This document shows, one piece after another, positions 60,956 through 64,000 of a stretch of DNA of 64,000 bases. The stretch comes from an uncultured virus (IMG/VR IMGVR_UViG_3300006927_000005). Taxonomy: Duplodnaviria; Heunggongvirae; Uroviricota; Caudoviricetes. The position numbers and the translations under genes were made by a program. The stretch is taken from the IMG/VR virus record IMGVR_UViG_3300006927_000005; one strand, written 5' to 3'. The number at the start of each line of letters is the position of its first letter. Position 1 is the first letter of the stretch. The notes under the pieces are model-generated. The model did not search any database. It saw only the letters and a program-made list of their open reading frames with translations, and had not been told where the DNA came from.

Positions 60956-62378
60956 GGTATTGCGTAAAATTATAATTTATATGTTCGCTGTCATATAACG
61001 ATAAACGCTGCTCTATATGACGTTGGCCATAACGTAAATTATCAGCGATATCAAAGATTATAAGCTCTTTCTTATCAATATGCAACCGAAGGCCTCGGCC
61101 TATACTTTGTATTATTTTAATTTTTGCTTTACCGCCGTTAGCAAATATTATATAATGTAAATTTTTTATATTAATACCTGTAGAAAATATTTTTGATATA
61201 GCGACAACTACTATGTTATTTTGTTCCTCCATTAGGGTTTGTATTTTTTTACGTTCATCTACATCTACTTCCCCTCTAATAAAATATACTTGTTTACCTT
61301 TACAGGAATTGTGTAATATATTCATTAATATTTCACCATGCTCTATGTAATCAATTAATATTAATACATTGTTATCTAGTTTATTTGAAAGTTTTGCCAA
61401 TAGATTATTTCTGAAACAATTTTTACGTATAAATTCATTTTCCTGTAAATAATAAGCGTTAGAATTATTACCATGATATATTTCCGTTGAAGGTGTATCG
61501 TAATTTAATTCTAAAACATGAACCTTAGCTGGTACGACATATTTTTCTTTTCTTAATTCATGAGCTTTTTTTTCAAATAATTGAGGTCCTATTTTACCAT
61601 ATATGTTCCATTTATCTAATAGCTCGGATGGTAAGGTCCCGGTAAATCCAAATCGATGAGATGTATCTATTTTTTTAAGAATGTTATTTATTTTATTTCC
61701 TTTTCTTACTTTATGTACTTCATCTACAATAAGAAAGTCTATATGCTTTATCCATGATATATCTTGCTTTGAGCTTTGTAAAATACCTAAATTAGCAATA
61801 ATAACATTGTTAGATAAATTTAATTTATTTTTTCCTGTATATATAGTAGTAGAAAAGGAAACATTGTATTGTTTAAAATCAGACATAGTTTGATTAACTA
61901 ATCCTAGATCTGGAACTATAACTAGTCCTTTAAAATTTTTACTATAATTTTTGTAATAAAATTCTAATAACCCAGCCATTGTAAGAGTCTTGCCGCCGGC
62001 AGTCGCAAGGACTACTGTTCCTCTCCCTCTGTCAATGCATTTGTTAATTATATCTTGTTGATATTGTCTATACTCTAAACTTAAATTATAATCAATAATA
62101 TTATCTTTACGTAATGTAGGTATTAGTGCGTTTTTTATTTCTTTTGAAAAATCAATTTTTATATCTTTCGTTTTACAGAATTTTGTAATTTCTATTAATA
62201 ATCCAATATCAGTTTTTCCTTGTTGAGTAATTACGTACGTGCGTTGTGGTACAAACCTGCCAAATCTTCTTTGAAAGTGTGCAGCTTCGTTTTTTACACT
62301 AAAATGCTCTCTGATGATATCTAACTCAGGTCCCTCTAGTACTGCTTGAGAGTTTGAATTTAATGTTATATTGATCAT
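60924..62378 (-). CDS. uvsW: SF2 DNA helicase (UvsW)
   Basis: YQQD, ATAGGKT, VDEVH, GFTGT, STGINIKNLH, QSIGRGLR. Confidence 0.92.
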   Translation of the reverse strand: MINITLNSNSQAVLEGPELDIIREHFSVKNEAAHFQRRFGRFVPQRTYVITQQGKTDIGLLIEITKFCKTKDIKIDFSKEIKNALIPTLRKDNIIDYNLSLEYRQYQQDIINKCIDRGRGTVVLATAGGKTLTMAGLLEFYYKNYSKNFKGLVIVPDLGLVNQTMSDFKQYNVSFSTTIYTGKNKLNLSNNVIIANLGILQSSKQDISWIKHIDFLIVDEVHKVRKGNKINNILKKIDTSHRFGFTGTLPSELLDKWNIYGKIGPQLFEKKAHELRKEKYVVPAKVHVLELNYDTPSTEIYHGNNSNAYYLQENEFIRKNCFRNNLLAKLSNKLDNNVLILIDYIEHGEILMNILHNSCKGKQVYFIRGEVDVDERKKIQTLMEEQNNIVVVAISKIFSTGINIKNLHYIIFANGGKAKIKIIQSIGRGLRLHIDKKELIIFDIADNLRYGQRHIEQRLSLYDSEHINYNFTQYHEAQNKKEKT

Positions 62379-62779
62379 TGAGTCTCAAGCTTTATTAATT
62401 CTACTAGATTTTTTATATCATTCGTAGCGAAGCTTATGTTTTTATATATATTTTCTAAGAAACTGATAATAAGTGTTTCATTGTCAATGTTTTGATCTAT
62501 AGTTTTTATTTCTTTTTTGTTTTGTACTGCCTTTTCTGCTATAGATCTATTTACTCGAACAGGTTCTTTATCCTGATAAGCGGTTACATATTCATTAATA
62601 AGAGAAGAGCGTTTAAATTTAAACTTATTTAATTTAATTTTATGATTAATTAATCTTGCAGACCATTTATGCTTATTGGCGACTAATTGCTCTTGAGTGG
62701 AAGTTACTTCTAGTCTAGAAAGATTCGTATCTATCTTTGCTTCATCTAAATACTGATTGATAATATCACCAATCTCCAT
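62375..62779 (-). CDS. uvsY: recombination mediator (UvsY-like)
   Basis: 134-aa helical protein adjacent to uvsW; KID...HKW pattern. Confidence 0.65.
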   Translation of the reverse strand: MEIGDIINQYLDEAKIDTNLSRLEVTSTQEQLVANKHKWSARLINHKIKLNKFKFKRSSLINEYVTAYQDKEPVRVNRSIAEKAVQNKKEIKTIDQNIDNETLIISFLENIYKNISFATNDIKNLVELIKLETQ

Positions 62780-62785
62780 TTATTT

Positions 62786-62812
62786 ATTATAGTCTCTTAT
62801 TTAGAAAGTCAA
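62786..62812 (-). promoter_or_regulatory. sigma70-like promoter of the uvsY-uvsW-gp55 operon
   Basis: TTGACT-N15-TATAAT-N6-ATG (spacer is short). Confidence 0.5.
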
Positions 62813-62824
62813 CTAAATATATAT

Positions 62825-63664
62825 ATGAGTAATACTTTTGAGCACATGTTAAATAAAATTAACGAAGCTCAATTAATTCTAGATCCATGGCCGTATATAT
62901 TTATCAAGGAGTACACACCGGCGATGTTTTATAAGAAACTGTGTAATGAAACCACTAGTATACATCTTCAATTAGACTATGATAATTATACTGGAAGAAC
63001 GGAAGAAATTGGATGGCGACAAACAGAGGAAGTATCTAATACTTGGTACGATGTTTCCCCAGCGTCACTTAATTATGGTGGTGCAGTGTTACAGGAGTAT
63101 TGCGATATTGTTTCTAGTAAAGAGATACAGTCTGCTATTTCTCTTAAATTTGCTGATTTTCTGAAAAAATATGGTCATGTTAATTACGTTAATAAATCAC
63201 AAGATATAGTTGGTGTTGTAACATCATATGATGTTATAACTACAGGATGGAAATATCCAATACATTCTGAGATAAGGAAGAAGCTTTTTACTCATTTGCA
63301 TTATCTAGCAATTGAAGGTGATGATAAATCTATAGGAACACGTGTGTATCCTAATACAGGAAAAGGAAACTCATTAGATTATGATAAAGATTGCTTGATG
63401 ACGTTACCTTATCTTCCTAATAGTGCATTAATATTTTGTCCGAGTAATGTGAATGAACATAGAACTAATCATGCAGTATGTAATACATCTAAACAAACAA
63501 GATATAGAAGATCTCTTCACACATTCTATCACTGTGAGTTCCCAGCCCCGGCAATACATAAAGTAGATAAATGGGCGTTAATACCTGAAGATAAAAATTT
63601 AGGTTATTATTATTCTAATGAGAAGGAATATATGTATAACCGCTCTCGTATAGACTTAATTTAA
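62825..63664 (+). CDS. 2OG-Fe(II) oxygenase-like protein
   Basis: [46 protein letters not shown]. Confidence 0.65.
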   Translation: MSNTFEHMLNKINEAQLILDPWPYIFIKEYTPAMFYKKLCNETTSIHLQLDYDNYTGRTEEIGWRQTEEVSNTWYDVSPASLNYGGAVLQEYCDIVSSKEIQSAISLKFADFLKKYGHVNYVNKSQDIVGVVTSYDVITTGWKYPIHSEIRKKLFTHLHYLAIEGDDKSIGTRVYPNTGKGNSLDYDKDCLMTLPYLPNSALIFCPSNVNEHRTNHAVCNTSKQTRYRRSLHTFYHCEFPAPAIHKVDKWALIPEDKNLGYYYSNEKEYMYNRSRIDLI

Positions 63665-64000
63665 ATCTCTTACGAAATTATAGAATTCTTGTCTTGTAAG
63701 ATCAGTTTTATCTAAGAAGGCCCCGGACATTCTAGCAGTTTTCATTGTACTATCATGCTTTACACCTCTTACACAAGCACACATATGATTAGCTTCTACT
63801 AATACTGCTACACCGTTATTTTCATCACATACTTTATCTATATGTGTATGAATTTGCATAGTTAGGTTTTCTTGTACCTGAGGTCTTCTCGCAAACCATT
63901 CAACAATTCTATTTAATTTACTTAAACCAATCACCTTACCATCTCTTCCAGGTATATAAGCTACATGCGCAACGCCAATAAACGGTAAATGATGATGCGA
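63656..64000 (-). CDS. folE: GTP cyclohydrolase I (5' end beyond the window)
   Basis: Frame is open to the edge: [44 protein letters not shown]. Confidence 0.93.
   Translation of the reverse strand, partial: SHHHLPFIGVAHVAYIPGRDGKVIGLSKLNRIVEWFARRPQVQENLTMQIHTHIDKVCDENNGVAVLVEANHMCACVRGVKHDSTMKTARMSGAFLDKTDLTRQEFYNFVRDLN

Noticed and set aside
1382..63164. Many short ORFs antisense to or nested in long genes (for example 1382-1729, 13647-13985, 23951-24262, 25216-25560, 56898-57281)
   Set aside because: They are shadows of well-supported genes, with no motifs or expression signals
63656..63934. folE as a truncated 92-aa gene or pseudogene
   Set aside because: The frame stays open to base 64000 with conserved FolE residues; it is only cut by the window edge
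1..64000. Stop-codon reassignment
   Set aside because: Core genes are full length in the standard code, and TAA, TAG and TGA all end genes at sensible positions
1..64000. tRNA genes, CRISPR arrays or large ncRNAs
   Set aside because: Intergenic gaps are all under about 100 bp, and no cloverleaf or repeat-spacer pattern was found by eye

Overview
A 64-kb, AT-rich, very densely coding segment of a large T4-like (myovirus) phage genome; most genes lie on the minus strand. About 0.3-38 kb is mainly virion genes: large fibre/baseplate proteins with LamG-, lectin-, PKD- and C1q-like domains, gp6, gp25, gp53, gp48/gp54-like, a possible tape measure, tail tube, tail sheath, gp3-like, terminase and neck gp14, interrupted by a clamp loader, dUTPase and RmlA. 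About 39-63 kb is a T4-type replication/recombination block: primase, RNase H, clamp, SSB, helicase, UvsX, PolB, gp46/47, gp55, UvsW, UvsY. Interleaved in that block are the other two enzymes of a likely complete three-enzyme NDP-rhamnose pathway, three glycosyltransferases, a DHH phosphoesterase, and 7-deazaguanine-related genes (QueC, class-II amidotransferase, GMP reductase; FolE at the window edge next to a 2OG-Fe(II) oxygenase-like gene). Most notable signals: (i) promoters positioned to give leaderless mRNAs, including a 13-bp bidirectional late promoter; (ii) a candidate combined sugar/deazaguanine modification system with an unusual PolB motif B; (iii) a recurrent hydrophobic-Ser/Thr-small motif in virion proteins that could be a glycosylation site; (iv) a nested promoter and start inside a putative head protein gene. 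No tRNA, CRISPR array, integrase, capsid or portal gene was recognised. All calls come from motif recognition by eye; no searches were run.
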